From Azolla caroliniana (taxonomy: Eukaryota > Plantae > Polypodiophyta): a stretch of 64,000 nt of DNA. Where the stretch lies: positions 10,974,001 through 11,038,000 of the forward strand of contig JBHGNT010000022.1 in NCBI GenBank assembly GCA_043228905.1, written 5' to 3'. The notes beneath the pieces are model-generated. The model had not been told where the DNA came from and made no database searches. It worked only from the letters and a program-made list of their open reading frames with translations. Of this stretch, positions 35,111 to 48,399 are shown in pieces. Positions within the stretch are counted from its first letter, which is position 1. Every line of letters starts with the position of its first letter. A program made the position numbers and the translations under genes.

Positions 35111-35582
35111 TGGTAAGCTCAACTTGTGCTAAAAAAACTCTACTCACTTGATTTGATGAAATGGAACCACGACTAGGAACTAACTCTACATAGCTAGGGA
35201 TGGTCCAACCAAATGGCTCCTATTTTGGCCAGACTTACTCGTTTAACACATCGTCTAATTGGCTCAAGACATCGAATCTATTCTCATGGCATGGACTATG
35301 AGGCTTACTTATGTTATTAGTAAAAACAATGGAACTCGATATAGGGGGGTTTTCATGGGCACTTACTTGGTATACTTGACGCCTAGGTTTATGTGGACAA
35401 TTTACAGCTATATGTCCTGGACTGCCACAATACAGGCAAAGGCAATGTGCTCGACATCATTGCTTCTCAGCATCTGATAACGGCCCACATCGTTGTGTTG
35501 AATCTATTTCCATCGGAGTTGGGCCATCCCTTGTAATGGGTCTAGAGACTTGTGGTGGAGTTGCGACTACGGAAGCATAAGT

Positions 35583-36362
35583 CTATTCAGGTTGGCAGCG
35601 TAACATTTGTTGGCGCTCAGAACGTCGCTCAAATAGGCGATTATCACATCGCACGACTCGACTAATGGCTTCTATAAGTGACTTCAGATCTTCAGGGAAA
35701 GTAAGAAGAAGATCTTTGACATCATTTCGCAAACCTTGAAGGAATTGATCCATTAAGGCTGCCTCATCCCAAGGGATATCGCATGCCAAGAGAAGGAAAT
35801 CGGCTGCGTAAGCTGACGGTGGACAATCTCCTTGTCGGAGCCTTTGAATCTTGTTTATCGTTGTCCTAATGTTGTCGGTGTCTCTGAAACTAGCTTGAAA
35901 CTCTTTAACAAATGCCTCGAAATCCTCCAGCAATGGTGATTTCTTCTCGAGAAGTGGTGCAAACCATGCTAACGCCGTACCGCATAACAAAGTTCCCACT
36001 AATCCCACACGAGCAGCGTTAGTTGGATACTGATTGGGATGTAACTGAATAACCAGATGAACTTGATTCAAAAAGCCTCGAAATAACGACCTTGTACCAT
36101 CAAACTTGGCGGGGAGGCTGATCTTTGGCTCTTTAGGGGAGTTCTGAGCCCTCGACACTTGTTCTCCTAATGACAATATAATCGCCTCGAGTTGATGAAC
36201 CCACTGTGATAACTCTTCATAATGTTGAGCTTTTTCAGTGCTCACTTGTTGTAGTTCTCCAAGTAGCCTTTGATTCTCATGCTCCAATGCCACAAATTTA
36301 TTCGTGAGCATGTCGAGCTTAGAAAGAACATGCATGTATTCTTGTTTGCTCGCGGACTCCAT
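35583..36362 (-). pseudogene. gag: Chromovirus gag (capsid domain), truncated by a stop before the zinc knuckle
   Basis: 259-aa ORF with coiled-coil N-terminus, LPAKFDG..FLNQV, ALAWF and LRQG..YAADF..F.QGL motifs. Confidence 0.9.
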
Positions 36363-37321
36363 AGCTTACGAGGGGAGACGAGAAGGAAGAAGAGAACTTG
36401 TTAGGTTTTGTGGAAGACGAAGAAATGAAAGAAAAATTGGTTCAAACTGTCAAGATAGAGAGAGAGAGAGAAAGAAGATAGAGAGATAATTGAAAATGAA
36501 TTATTATATTGAAGAGTAAATGGATTACAAAGAGTAGGCAACAGAGTACTACTAAATGGCGTTGAACCAATTTAGGTTTGGAATGAGTGGTAGATCCCGA
36601 TTTATAAGTAATAGAGAACACTCTAGAATATTCTAGGTCATTCTAGAATGTAGAGTAATATAGAATATTCCTATGATATTAGATTCATATTCTAAAACCT
36701 ATACATGCAAGAATATTAATACAATGGCTAAGGATTTAACATGTGTACAACAAGATCGTGGGTTCAAATCCTTTCGAGGCATAATGTGAGTGTCATGATC
36801 CTTTCGATGCATGATGTGAGTGTTATCATGACAAACCCTAATCAACTTCATCCTGCTAAAGCTTCTTCCTAATGATCAGATCCTTCTTCTTGCTATTGAT
36901 CCTTCCTTTTTCCTTCTATCGTGCTCAAGATTGTCCATCCCTTTGGTTGAAAGCAGATGTCAGTTCTGTGTATAGTCGTCCATGTCCACGCAAGATAGAA
37001 TCAACTGACACCGTGAAATGCTTATCCATGAACCTAACACTCATTTCCTACCAGATCACAGAGCAACACCATTATTCCTTCCTTCTTCCTCTAGGTTCAA
37101 TGTGTAATTCCTTGATCAAGAAGAACTTTTGCATGACATTGATGAAAAAATCAGATTGATCAGTAACACGAGCATCTCACATAGCCATTATGCCATAACC
37201 ACACCCTCTAGCATCCTATAGTACATAATGGAGAAGCCATGGTAGGTGAATATTATCAAGATTATGAGCTTTTCTTCTTCCACCATAGCCTAGAAGAGCT
37301 TGGGTTTCATGAACAGGGTGA

Positions 37322-37910
37322 TGTAGAGAAGAGGTAGTCTCTTATTAGTGTACAAATCAAGTGATAAATAATGGTGAGAATTGAGAGGAACAGATGGGAA
37401 AGAGTGGGACTTCTTCTCAAGGGAGGGTCCGTCGTAGGGTGTGCCAAGTGTTATTGGGTGGGGGAAACTGAAGAAGCTCCTCTCATTTCTTCGACTTCTT
37501 CTCAAGGGAGGGCCGACCATTCAGGCGTGCCAAGTGTTTATGGGTGGGGGGTGGAATGGCGTCACCCCCGCTTAAAGGGGTTACGCGTGAGGGAGAGATA
37601 GAGAAATGAGAGGGAAAAGTTCTATATCTGCATTACATGTCCCATAAGTGGTTTATATAGTACATAATGCAACGGTTACAGAATATGAGAGGGAAAAGTT
37701 CTATATATGCATTATATGCCCCATAAGTGATTTATATAGTACATAATGTAACGGTTACATAATGTGACCGTTACAAAAGAATATTGTTACATTCTTCAAG
37801 TTCTACACATGCACATAATTGTGCAAGTGTTCATACACATATTTATCCTCACTCACACTCGTATACATTACGCATATACCACAACCCCTTTATCACATTT
37901 GACCCTTACA
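37322..37910 (-). mobile_element. Probable LTR remnant with internal ~80-bp tandem duplication
   Basis: TGTAG...TTACA ends. Duplicated ATGAGAGGGAAAAGTTCTATA..TTTATATAGTACATAATG..ACGGTTACA. No TSD found. Confidence 0.4.
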
Positions 37911-37937
37911 CCACCCAATACACTCTTACGGATAACA

Positions 37938-39650
37938 TCAGAAAGAGTCTATATGGTCTGAAGCAAGCACCCAAATAGTGGTACAAGAAGTTCGAAGACT
38001 TCATCCAATCAATCGGCTTTTCAAAGAGCGATGAGGACCACTACTTCTTAATCAAAACAAATAAAGATGGGTCACCCATCTTTGTCATCATTTACATGGA
38101 CGACATGCTACTCTCCGGTCGACATGCTGGAGAGCTCGCCGAACTCGTTCAACACCTATGGTTTAAGTTCTCCATGAAGGACATTGGTCCAACAAGACAC
38201 ATTCTAGGGAGGAAGATAAGTCAACTTTGAGTTGAAGACAATTGTTCCTATCGCAAGCCGACTATATTGAATGTGTCTTGGAACACTTCAACATGCAATC
38301 GGCCAACTCTGCCACAACCCCGCTCTCCATTAACCTTCTATTGTCTCAATGAGACTGCCCGACATCTAGTCCTGAGGGGAAGATATGAAGTCGGTACCAT
38401 ACGCACTGGTAGTCAACTCCCTAATGTACGAGATGGTCATGACATGGCCTGACATTGCTCATGTCGTAGGAGTTGTTAGCAGATTTATGCACAATCTCGA
38501 CCGATCACATCAGAATGCAGTAAAGCATGTGTTCAGATATCTAGTGGCCACAAAAGACTATGGCATCCTATTCGGCCTGAACGATACTTCAGGCGTAATT
38601 GGTTATACCGATTTGGACTTTAAAAAATGACAACCAAATACTACTTTAAATTTAGCAACGGAGCAATCTCATGGAAGTCGAAACTTCAAGAGTTCCCTGC
38701 TACATCAATGACCGAGGCCGAATATGTAGTTGTGTCCGAGGTCTTATGGCTCGGTTGACTGGCGCACACATTTCGACAAGTTGACTTCGACTCGGCTCTA
38801 GTTGTCTATAGTGACAATCAAGCCGTTGTCGCTTTGTCAAGAAATCCAGTTCAACACAATGCCTCCAAGCACATTGACATGAGTTATCACTTTGTTCAGG
38901 ATTGCGTCATTTGAGGGAAAATCGGCCTCAAGAATATATTTACAGTCGATAATGTCACAAATGAGATAACCAAGTGTCTTTCGACGGATCGATTCTGATC
39001 CCTTCAGCACCAAATGGGCATGACGAAGAACCAACCTAATTGAGTCTGACATTCAGGATGGTTTTGGACAATCGGCAAATTGTCATAGCCGACTCAACTT
39101 CAGACTCTTTGATTGGGATTCCCCTTCGGACTAGTTGATTCAACTTTAGCTCTTCCTGCCTCTTGTTCCCGAAGGTTGCCGATTCGAACAAAAATTTGAC
39201 TTGGTCGACAACCATTTGTATAAATCTGTATTTTCTATTTATTCTCTTGATCACAAATTTTTGTTGTATACGCCCATTACGAGGGAGTGTCTAATACAGG
39301 AAATAATAGACGTATTCACATGGTCCTATTTGGACATACTAGGTTTTAGGCTATTTATGTAAATTGTGGAAAGGATAGTTTCCCTAAGTCAGTTGGTATT
39401 TAAACTGATGCTTGTAACCTAGTTATGGGGTTGTTCATCTTGTATATTGTGTTGTTGTAACTTTGAGAATTATAATACAGTTACATTGTCTTGTGCCTAC
39501 CTTGCTGTCTCTCTTCCATTTATTTCCCTTGTTGATCATGTCTTATGATTTAATTGTCTTGTGTTATCAATATGTTCCTTTGTATTCTCTAAAGATCTTT
39601 ATCTTAAAGAGTGTTGATTTTGTTCCACATCGTGACGATTGGTTCCAACA
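37938..39650 (+). mobile_element. Old 3' fragment of Copia related to the intact element (RT-RH pseudogene, PPT, 3' LTR 39288-39650)
   Basis: RKSLYGLKQAPK, MKSVPYA..HVVGVVSRFMHN. TATACGCCCATTACGAGGGAG-TG parallels 63368-63390; LTR ends TCCAACA. Confidence 0.9.
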
Positions 39651-40190
39651 CACTACCCAGAATGTACTTTAATACAAATAGAGCAAGATTCCAATGAGTC
39701 TCCTTCCGCTTATTACTAAGTCAACTCACCACACCAACTACAAAGAAAGTATCTGGCCTAGTGGTGCATAGGAAAATTAGACTCCCTAAAAGTTTCTTGT
39801 ATGGACAACAAGTTGAAGTCGACTCCAATGGATTCAAACTGCAAGTTATCCCAAGAAGACCCTTCATTGATGGTTGAGATAAGCAATTTCATGAGATAGT
39901 TCCACAATTTATTATTCAGTTTCAAAACCTTCGGAGGCAATTAGCATGACCTCTTCCAGAGGAAGATGTGAAAGGCACTTTCTTATCCGCACTCCGAGAG
40001 CCGCTTCAAACTACATTAGCAGTGTTCGATTTTAAAGACCAATCACTAGAACAAGTGATTGACAAAGCGCTCATAATGGATAAAACACAAATAAGTAATA
40101 TTATGTCTATGACATCATGGAAGAATTAAGGTTCTGACAAGCTATTCAATGCACAACATGCTTGAATCCGGGGCATTCTACAGTACAATG

Positions 40191-43100
40191 TGATAGGACT
40201 ACACGCTCCCGAAAAACAACACTCGGCCACAACCGAGTCTAGGATCAAACACAGAAAAACGGGTAATGTACGCACGACACAGTAAAGAGAAGAGTACACA
40301 GGATGTTTACGTGGAAAACCCAAACACGGGAAAAACCACGGCAGTTCACAGACTGCATACTATCACTATGTTACAATATACAATAGATGAACACACAGGC
40401 AACAACCTCTTGTTCACTGTCTTCGCCACAAGCGGCGGTTACAACAGAGACAACGTCCTCTTTTCTCTCACTCTCTCTCTCTTTACACGGTTGCATTCAA
40501 ATCTTGCACCAACAAGAATGACAACTACACACTAAATTTTCCCTAAGTCATATTTATACTAATATGAATTTTCCTCTATTTACAAATATAGCCCCAATGG
40601 ACTCTCAAAAACATATTTACGAATATGTCACTTCATCCGGTGAGCACTCCTCACCAGGCATGCATCATTCGGCTCTTGCCGGGCACTCGTCATCCGGTTC
40701 TCACCGGGTCTTCTCACTTCCCATCCGGAGGGACTTGTTTCCTAACAAACTCCCCCTTCACTCCGGCATGGGATATCTTACTAGTCCGATCCTCTTCCGA
40801 CATGCATCCAGCTTGTCGGGTATCAGTACTTTGTCAGTGCGAACTCTCGATCTTTGTGGATCTTTGTTCGCGCTGACAAAGATCCACAAAGATCCCATTG
40901 TCGGTCGTGTGGATCTTTGTCAGCGCGAACTCTCGATCTTCTACTCGCTCCCGGATCCAATGATACCTACGTTGGATGTGCTTCGTTCTGGAATGGTACG
41001 CTGCGTTCTTAGCAAGGTGGATGGCACTTTGACTGTCGCAATAGAGCCAGTATTCATCTTGCCGAATACCGAGCTCTCCGATGAAGTCCTTCATCCATAG
41101 TATTTCCTTGCCGGCTTCCACATCCGCCATGTACTCCGCCTCTGTGGTTGACAACGCAACCGTCTTCTGCAACCTCGACTGCCACGAAATAGCTCCCCCT
41201 GCATATGTCATTACATACCTGTATGTAGACCGGTTGGTATCCAAGTCAGCCGACATGTCCGAATCGGTAAAACACTCAAGTTGAGGTTTACCGGAGCCGA
41301 ATCGGAGACACATATTCGAAGTGCCCTTCAAGTAACGGAGTATTCATTTGACCGTGTTCCAGTGCTCCTTGCCGGGATTGCTCATAAACCGGCTCACCAC
41401 TCCGACTACGTATCCAATATCCGGTCGAGTACACACCATTGCGTACATTAAGCTCCCGACGGCAGAGGCATATGGCACCATCATCATATCCGCCTTCTCT
41501 GCTTTCGTCTTCAGGCTTGCTTACCGGATAATCTGCAGTTTGCCGGAAGTGTCGATCCGGCCGGTTTCGTGTCTGACATGTTGAACCGCTAAAGCACCTT
41601 TGTCACGTAATTCTCCTGTGACAACCACAATTACTTCTTTGGCTGGTCCCGGATGATATACATCCCCAGCATTTGTCTTGCCGGACCCAAGTCTTTCATT
41701 GCGAAAGTTCGGTTGAGAGCCTTCTTCAGCATCCGTATTTTGGCTTGGTCCCTTCCGACGATCAACATGTCGTCCACGTACCGAAGGAGTATCAGGAAGT
41801 CGCCTCCTTTGAACTTCTTCACAAACACGTAGTGATCGGCCTCTGTCTTGTGGTACCCTTGATCGGTCATGAAGGAGTCGAACTTCCGGTACCATTGTCG
41901 GGGAGCTTGCTTCAGTCCGTACAGGCTCTTCTTCAACCAGCAAACCAGGTGCTCCTTCCCTTTCTCCACGAATCCTTCCAGTTGCTGCATGTAGATCTCC
42001 TGTTCGAGGTCACCATGAAGGAATGTCGTCTTCACGTCCAGCTGCTCTACCTCGAGGTCCATGCTTGCCGCTATACTCAGGACTGTCCGGATGGAGGTCA
42101 TCTTTACTATCGGGGAAAATATCTCGTCGAAGTCCATGCCGTTCTTCTGTTGGAACCCCTTCACCACGATCCTGGCTTTGTATCTCGGGGGGTTGCCGGC
42201 ATCTCCCGGTTTCAACTTGTACACCCACTTATTTTGGAGTGCCCGCTTTTCTTTCGGCAACTCCACCAATTCGTACATATGGTTCTCTTGTAGGGAATCC
42301 ATCTCATCCTGCATGGCACTTAACCATTTGCGGTTGTGGGTGTCATCCTTCGCTTCTTCGAAGCTTTCCGGCTCTCCCTCATCAGTCAGCAGCACATGCT
42401 CTTCATCCGGAAATCTCCGGGGGGGCCTTCTCTCTCTGAGAGGATATCTCCGTCTTTGGCCTTCGGCAACCGGCTCCACTATTTGTTCTTCATCCGAATC
42501 CGATTCGGGGTCTTGGCTGGTTCTGATTTCAGCTTCCTCTACTTCTTCTTCTGCCAGTTTGGTATCCTCACCGTAACCAGTTGGTTCCTCAAGTGTCAAC
42601 CGGCTCTTAGCCGGGTGTTTCCGAATCTCATCGGAGTTCATTATCTTCTTCTCCAACTCCCAGTCGGCAAGAGTCGTCCTCCATGAAGATGATATCTCGA
42701 CTCCGGAATACCTTCTTGTCAACCGGATCCCACACTCGGTAGCCAAACTCATCATCGCCGTATCCGAGGAATATGCATGGCCGGGTCTTTGGATCCAACT
42801 TTCCTCTCCGGTCCTTAGCAACATGCACGTACGCGAGACACCCGAACACCTTTAGATGCCAGTAGGACACTTCCTTACCGTCCACACCTTCTGCGGTGTG
42901 TCTCCATCCAAGGGCACTGAGGGTGATCTGTTTATCACATACGTCGTTGTCGACAGCGCCTCAGCCCAAAACGTCTTGGGTAATTTTGCATGTGCCAACA
43001 TACTCTGGACCCTCTCCATTATGGTTTGGTTCATCCTCTCAGCTAGCCCTTTTAGTTCCGGCGTCTTCGGCACAGTAAATTCGAGCCAGATTCCCTTCGA

Positions 43101-45409
43101 GCGACAGTACTCCTCAAACTGCCCCCGATATTCACCTCTGTTATCTGCTCGAACCACCTTCAGCTTCCGGCCGGTTTCTCTTTCCACTCTCGCGTGGAGC
43201 TCTTTGAAGACGGATAGCACTTGATCCTTCGTCTTCAATGGTGTGGCCCACAGCTTCCGGCTATGGTCATCTATGAACGTCACGAAGTACTGCGATCCGG
43301 CATGTGACTTCGTGTCCACTTGACACACATCAGTATGCACCAACTCCAGTGGTGCATTACGTCTCATCGGTGGCTTTGGTCGGAAGGAGGTCCGGTTTTG
43401 CTTACCGGCCAGACGATCAGTGCACTTCTCCAAGTGCACGTTCTTCACTGGAATGAGGTTGTCATATGCAAGCCTCTTCATCCCCTTCTCGCTCATGTGA
43501 CACAACCTTTTGTGCCACAACTCACCGGCAGTGTCGGATGCCACGTTCACTTCTTCCGGGCATAATTGGGCATTCATCAGGTACAACGTGTTAACCTTCC
43601 GGGCCCGAGCCACTATCAAGCTCCCTTTGCTGAATTTCATGACTCCGTTCCGGATGCTACCCGTGTAGCCTTCATCATCTAGCCGACCGGCTGATATCAG
43701 GTTCAGTCGAACCTCCGAAACGTGTCGAACATCTTTTAGCAACATCTTGCATCTTGTTGGTGTTGTCAACCACACGTCTCCTATGCCGACAATTCGGGAT
43801 GTACCTTCATTCCCCATCCGGACACAGCCGTGATCACCGGCTGTGTAGGATGAGAAACATTTCCGGTCCGGGGTAAGGTGGAACGACGCTTCGGAATCGA
43901 CCACCCAGGTCATCTCATCGCCATCAAGGTTTAGCTCACTCTCCTCGGTGATCAGCATCAACTCTTCTTCACTTGCCGCGATTGCCGTCGTTCCCTTCCG
44001 GTCCGGCCCCCTCCAGTCTTTACCATTCCGGTTCGGTGTCCGCTTTGAATCGGTGCCGTCGGTTTCCTTGTCTTTTCGGAAATGCCGACAGTTCTTCTGG
44101 AAGTGTCCCGGCTTGCCACAATAGAAGAAGGTAGGCCTCCCCCTTGACTTTGACTGTGTCCCCAACTTCTCCTGGTTCTGGGGACTACGGTTCCTTTGTC
44201 TTCCGGGTTCCGATTCGGTAAGGAGCGCTTTGGAGTCGGAGCTCGGATCCTTATCTTTCCGATGCACCTCTTCATCTAGCAAGCTCGACTTCACTCTTGC
44301 TAGGGATAACCGTTTCCCTTCCGGCCCGGCATTGCCCAAAGTGACAACCAACATCTCCCAGTTATCTGGGAGGGAACCGAGCAGGAGTAGTGCTAGTACC
44401 TCATCGGCGAGAGGTACTTCCAATGATGTTGCCTAGTGTATCAGCCCCTACAAGGCATTCATGTGCTCCGCCATGCTGGAGCCATCTTGGTACCGGAGTC
44501 TTACTAGCTTCCGAAATACCGAAACCTGATTAACAACATTTTTGTTTTGAAACATAATGCCGATCTTCTCCCAGAGCTCATGAGCCTTGCTCTCTTCATT
44601 GAAGTTGTTGTATAGACTGATGTCGATGAAGCACCGTATGTACATCGTTGTCTTCATGTGCATCACCTCCCATATCGTGGCATCGATTTTGTCTAGTCTC
44701 TTGTCCCCGAACTGAACCGACAACCAAAGATCTTTAACCACGAGCATGTCCCTCATCTTCGACTTCCACATCGAATAGTTGGAGCCGGTGAGCTTGAACA
44801 TGCCTCCCAACGAATCGTCCATTTTCTGTGTCGTTTCGCTCGGATACCACTTTGACAGGACTACACGCTCCCGAAAAACAACGCTCGGCCACAACCGAGT
44901 CTAGGATCAAACACAGAAAAATGGGTAATGTACGCACAACACAGTAAAGAGAAGAGTACACAGGATGTTTACGTGGAAAACCCAAACACGGGAAAAACCA
45001 CAGCAGTCCACAGACTGCAAACTATCACTATGTTACAATATACAATAGATGAATACAGAGGCAACGAGCTCTTGTTCACTGTCTTCGCCACAGGTGGCGG
45101 TTACAACAGAGACAACGTCCTCTTCATCTCTCACTCTCTCTCTCTGTACACGGTTGCACTCAAATCTGGCACCAACAAGAATGACAACTACACACTAAAT
45201 TTGCTGTAAGTCATATTTATACTAATATGATTTTTCGGCTATTTACAAATATAGCCCCAATGGACTCTCAGAAACATATTTACGAATATGTCCCTTCATC
45301 CGGTGAGCACTCCTCACCGGGCCTGCATCATCCGGCTCTTGCCGAGCACTTGTCATCCGGTTCTCACCGGGCTTCTCACTTCCCATCCTGAGGGACTTGT
45401 TTCCTAACA
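40191..45409 (-). mobile_element. Full-length disabled Ty1/Copia (LTRs 40191-40747 and 44853-45409, TSD CAATG), sister subfamily of 5939-11310
   Basis: 557-bp LTRs, CAATG on both flanks, PBS TGGTATCCGAGC, PPT, gag-PR-INT-RT-RH with stops and frameshifts. Confidence 0.97.
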
Positions 45410-46364
45410 CAATGCACACTATGCATGCATTGTCCAATTTTCCTTTCGAAGGCACATACAATCAGTTTGTGCAAATATAATCTCCTTAGCAAGTTCGTGG
45501 CTCCAGTCAGACACATAGAGCCACATGACGACCGCACAGATGATAAAAGTCGATAGACACACCGGTTTCGGGATGAAAATCGGTTGAAATTTATTATTCG
45601 GTTTCAAAACCTTTGGAGGAAATTAGCAGGACCTCTTCAAGAGGAAGATGTGAAAGACACATTCTTATCGGCATTCTGAGAGCCGATTCGGGTTACATTA
45701 GCCGTGTTCGATTTTAAAGACCAATCACTAGAACAAGTTATTGACAAAGCGCTCATAATGGATAAAACATAAACAAATAATAGTATGTCTATGACATCAT
45801 TACCAACATTGGAAGAATTAAGGTTCCGACAAGTTATTCAATACACAACATGCTTGAATCCGGGGCATTCTATGGTAGAATGCACATTATGTGTGCATTG
45901 TCGAATTTGCCATTCAAAGGCACATACGATTGATTAGTGCCAATATAATCTCCTCAAGAAGGTCGCAGCTCCAGTCACGCAGATAGAGCCACATGCAACC
46001 ACACAGATGATAGAAGTCGGCAGATGCACTGGTTTCGGGATGAAAATCGGTCGAGATATGACGACCGTTATCGGTCGGATCGTGTAGTTGACGAGAAGAT
46101 TATTGCAAGGGTGAACACTATGATGATTATCGAAGGGACAACAACCACCATGATGATTAGAGAAGGGATCATCGTTACAAATATGAGCGTGATTACTCAT
46201 CACACCAAGATAGAAATGAGCGACATCCGTACAAAGGGTTCCGACATCACGATGACAGGTGATCTTATGATCAAGGGAGAAATGACGTCAATCAACAAAT
46301 CATTTGTAGTTTCAATGACGAACGACGAGATAAAATAGGCGGCATAAGTCATCTAGGTAGTTTT

Positions 46365-46920
46365 TGTTGAATCGGGAATCAGCCACAACTGATTATCATG
46401 CACAAATAAGATTGACAAAAAACTGAAATAGCAAAAAATGATGCACTGACACAAAGACACAAGATATTAACGTGGAAACCATGAAATAGGGAAAAACCAT
46501 AGGAGCCCACAATTGACGAACAAGATCACTATATCGAGAGGAATACAAGAAGAGGCTTTGAGGGTACAAACTCAAGCTCTTCTTCATCTACAAACGGTTA
46601 TAGAGTTACAACTCAGATCTCACACACACTCTCTCTCTAGTTACACTCTAATGCACACTAATGATTCATCACACATATAATGATTTTCCCTAAGTGTATT
46701 TATACTCATATGCAATATGGGCTATTTACAAATATAGCCCACTAAGGGCACATTGAGGTTATTTCAAAATATAGCCCCGAGTAAGCTTCGACCAATTCGG
46801 CTATTTACTTAATCAATTATTACTCCAATTCGGCCTCAACCGAATTCGGGAATCAACCGATTTTTCGGCCTCAACCAATTTAGCTTATCTCTCCACCTTG
46901 AGGGACCAGTTTTCCTAACA
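46365..46920 (-). mobile_element. Copia solo LTR (TSD GTTTT/GTTTC)
   Basis: Revcomp starts TGTTAGGAAAACTGGTCCCTCA like the LTR at 5476. Shares CGTGGAAA..GGGAAAAACCA and CCCTAAGT..TTTATAC motifs. Confidence 0.85.
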
Positions 46921-47311
46921 GTTTCAATATAATTCAAAAATAGGAGATGAGCTAGAGCCACAGGATGTTTGGCAATCACATTATGAAAAAGGGGAACCCA
47001 ATAGGGAGACTGAACCTATTTGCTATATTTGTGGAAAGAACGGGCATTATGCAAATCAATGTTCGACAAAGGAAAAAGGGAAGGCTCTAGCGGTAAATAT
47101 GGTAACCGTAGAGGTACAACAAGTGACAACTTGGAGCAAAACCAAACAATCCGATTGGGAAATACAAGAAGCAGTACGGAAGGTGGCTAAGGAATGGGTG
47201 GATGAAGCAAACAACAACAATGTCACCAGAATGCTGCAAAAAAATACCGAACTAAATGACACACCAGTAAATTCAGTATTAAGTTTTGGATCAAGAATCC
47301 ATGAGGAAGAC

Positions 47312-47880
47312 TGACATGAAATACAAAATGAGGAACACATAAAACAACAAGATACAAGGTACACTAAGCACACAAGTTTTACTTGGAAAACCGTAAATGG
47401 GAAAAACTACGAGAGAACAGATCTTCACATTACAGTGATTGTACAAGTCGAAGAGATTACAACACTCTCTCAACGCAGAGTGTAATAGCCATGTAGGGAT
47501 CTTGGTGTCTAGACTTCTACAGCTATAGCACCACTCATCTCTCTCTCTCTCTCTCTACTCTACACTGCAGAAACTCTATTCTACTTCTATTCTATTTTAC
47601 ATCCCTAAAGTTTTGCCCTAAGTGTATTTATAGTTATACACCATATGGGCTATTTACAAATGTAGTCCCTACTACTATCACTTATATTATTATAGTAATA
47701 ACAATAGTTGTTAATCAGTCGGCTCCTATGTCGACTGTCCAGTCGGCCCGACTAGTTGGCCTTGTCGTCAACCATCTGGTTGGCCCAACTAGTCGGTCGT
47801 GTCTTCGACTTATATATAGTCGACTCTCCCTCAGTCGACATTCAGAAATTCGGTTAAAGGTCTTTGAACAATTGTCATCG
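47312..47880 (-). mobile_element. Copia-type solo LTR, degraded
   Basis: TGGAAAACC..GGGAAAAACTACG and GCCCTAAGTGTATTTATAG motifs. Host frame HEED/ET resumes after a GAAGA duplication; right end approximate. Confidence 0.65.
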
Positions 47881-48108
47881 GAAGATGAAACATGAAGAGT
47901 TCTGGCGGATTGTCAAATCACACTACCACTAATGGGACTACTAAAATTAGTACCTCAATTTACTGAAAAAGTAGCCCACATAATTACAAAGAACGAGTCA
48001 GACCAAGTGTCGGTTAATTTTACTAATCCGATTAAGGAACCGATAATCATGGATGAGTACAGTCCTTCAATAAAGGTCATCATTTGGGGCCAAGAGATAC
48101 CCCATAGT

Positions 48109-48367
48109 TGTGGTAAATAATAAGCAAAATAACAATTTCATCATATTAATATTAGCTTCATATGAATATGAAACAATTTCCTTCATGAGAAGGAAACCGC
48201 ATTGGTGGTGGTCTTATAAAGCCACCACCACCAACGATTGTAATCATTAGGGCTTTCCAATAATATAATTTTGTTTTGTTTCCCTCAATGTCTCTGTGTG
48301 TGTGTGTGTGTGTGTGTGTTTTCTTTCTATTTCTCTTTCTCTTCTTTTCCTACATGGTATAAGAGCC
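48109..48367 (+). mobile_element. Short LTR plus degenerate PBS, truncated by the LINE
   Basis: TG...CCTACA followed by TGGTATAAGAGCC; TATAAA and (TG)n inside. Confidence 0.6.
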
Positions 48368-48399
48368 AACGACCTATAACCTAATAGCCTATGCCTTTC

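Larger units (their letters stand above)
31327..36833 (-). mobile_element. Full-length decayed Ty3/Gypsy chromovirus (Tcn1-like); 3' LTR 31327-31732, 5' LTR 36448-36833, TSD AACCC
   Basis: TGTCA...TGACA LTRs, AACCC on both flanks, PPT revcomp AAGGGGGATAA. Gag EPKISLPAKFDG, knuckle CLYCGSPGHIAVNC, PR LLDSGA, RT YLDD, RH, INT, partial chromodomain FEVVAILDSK. Confidence 0.97.
39651..48108 (+). mobile_element. Decayed Gypsy gag-PR host fragment interrupted by a Copia and two solo LTRs
   Basis: Gag-like QFIIQFQNLRRQL..FLSALREPL, double knuckle CTTCLNPGH..C..CRICHSKAH, CYICGKNGHYANQC, LADCQITLPLMGLLKLVP. The sequence is continuous across the CAATG TSD. Confidence 0.7.

Noticed and set aside
36834-37320. 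Possible coding remnant on the minus strand
   Set aside because: Too decayed; no motif I can identify.
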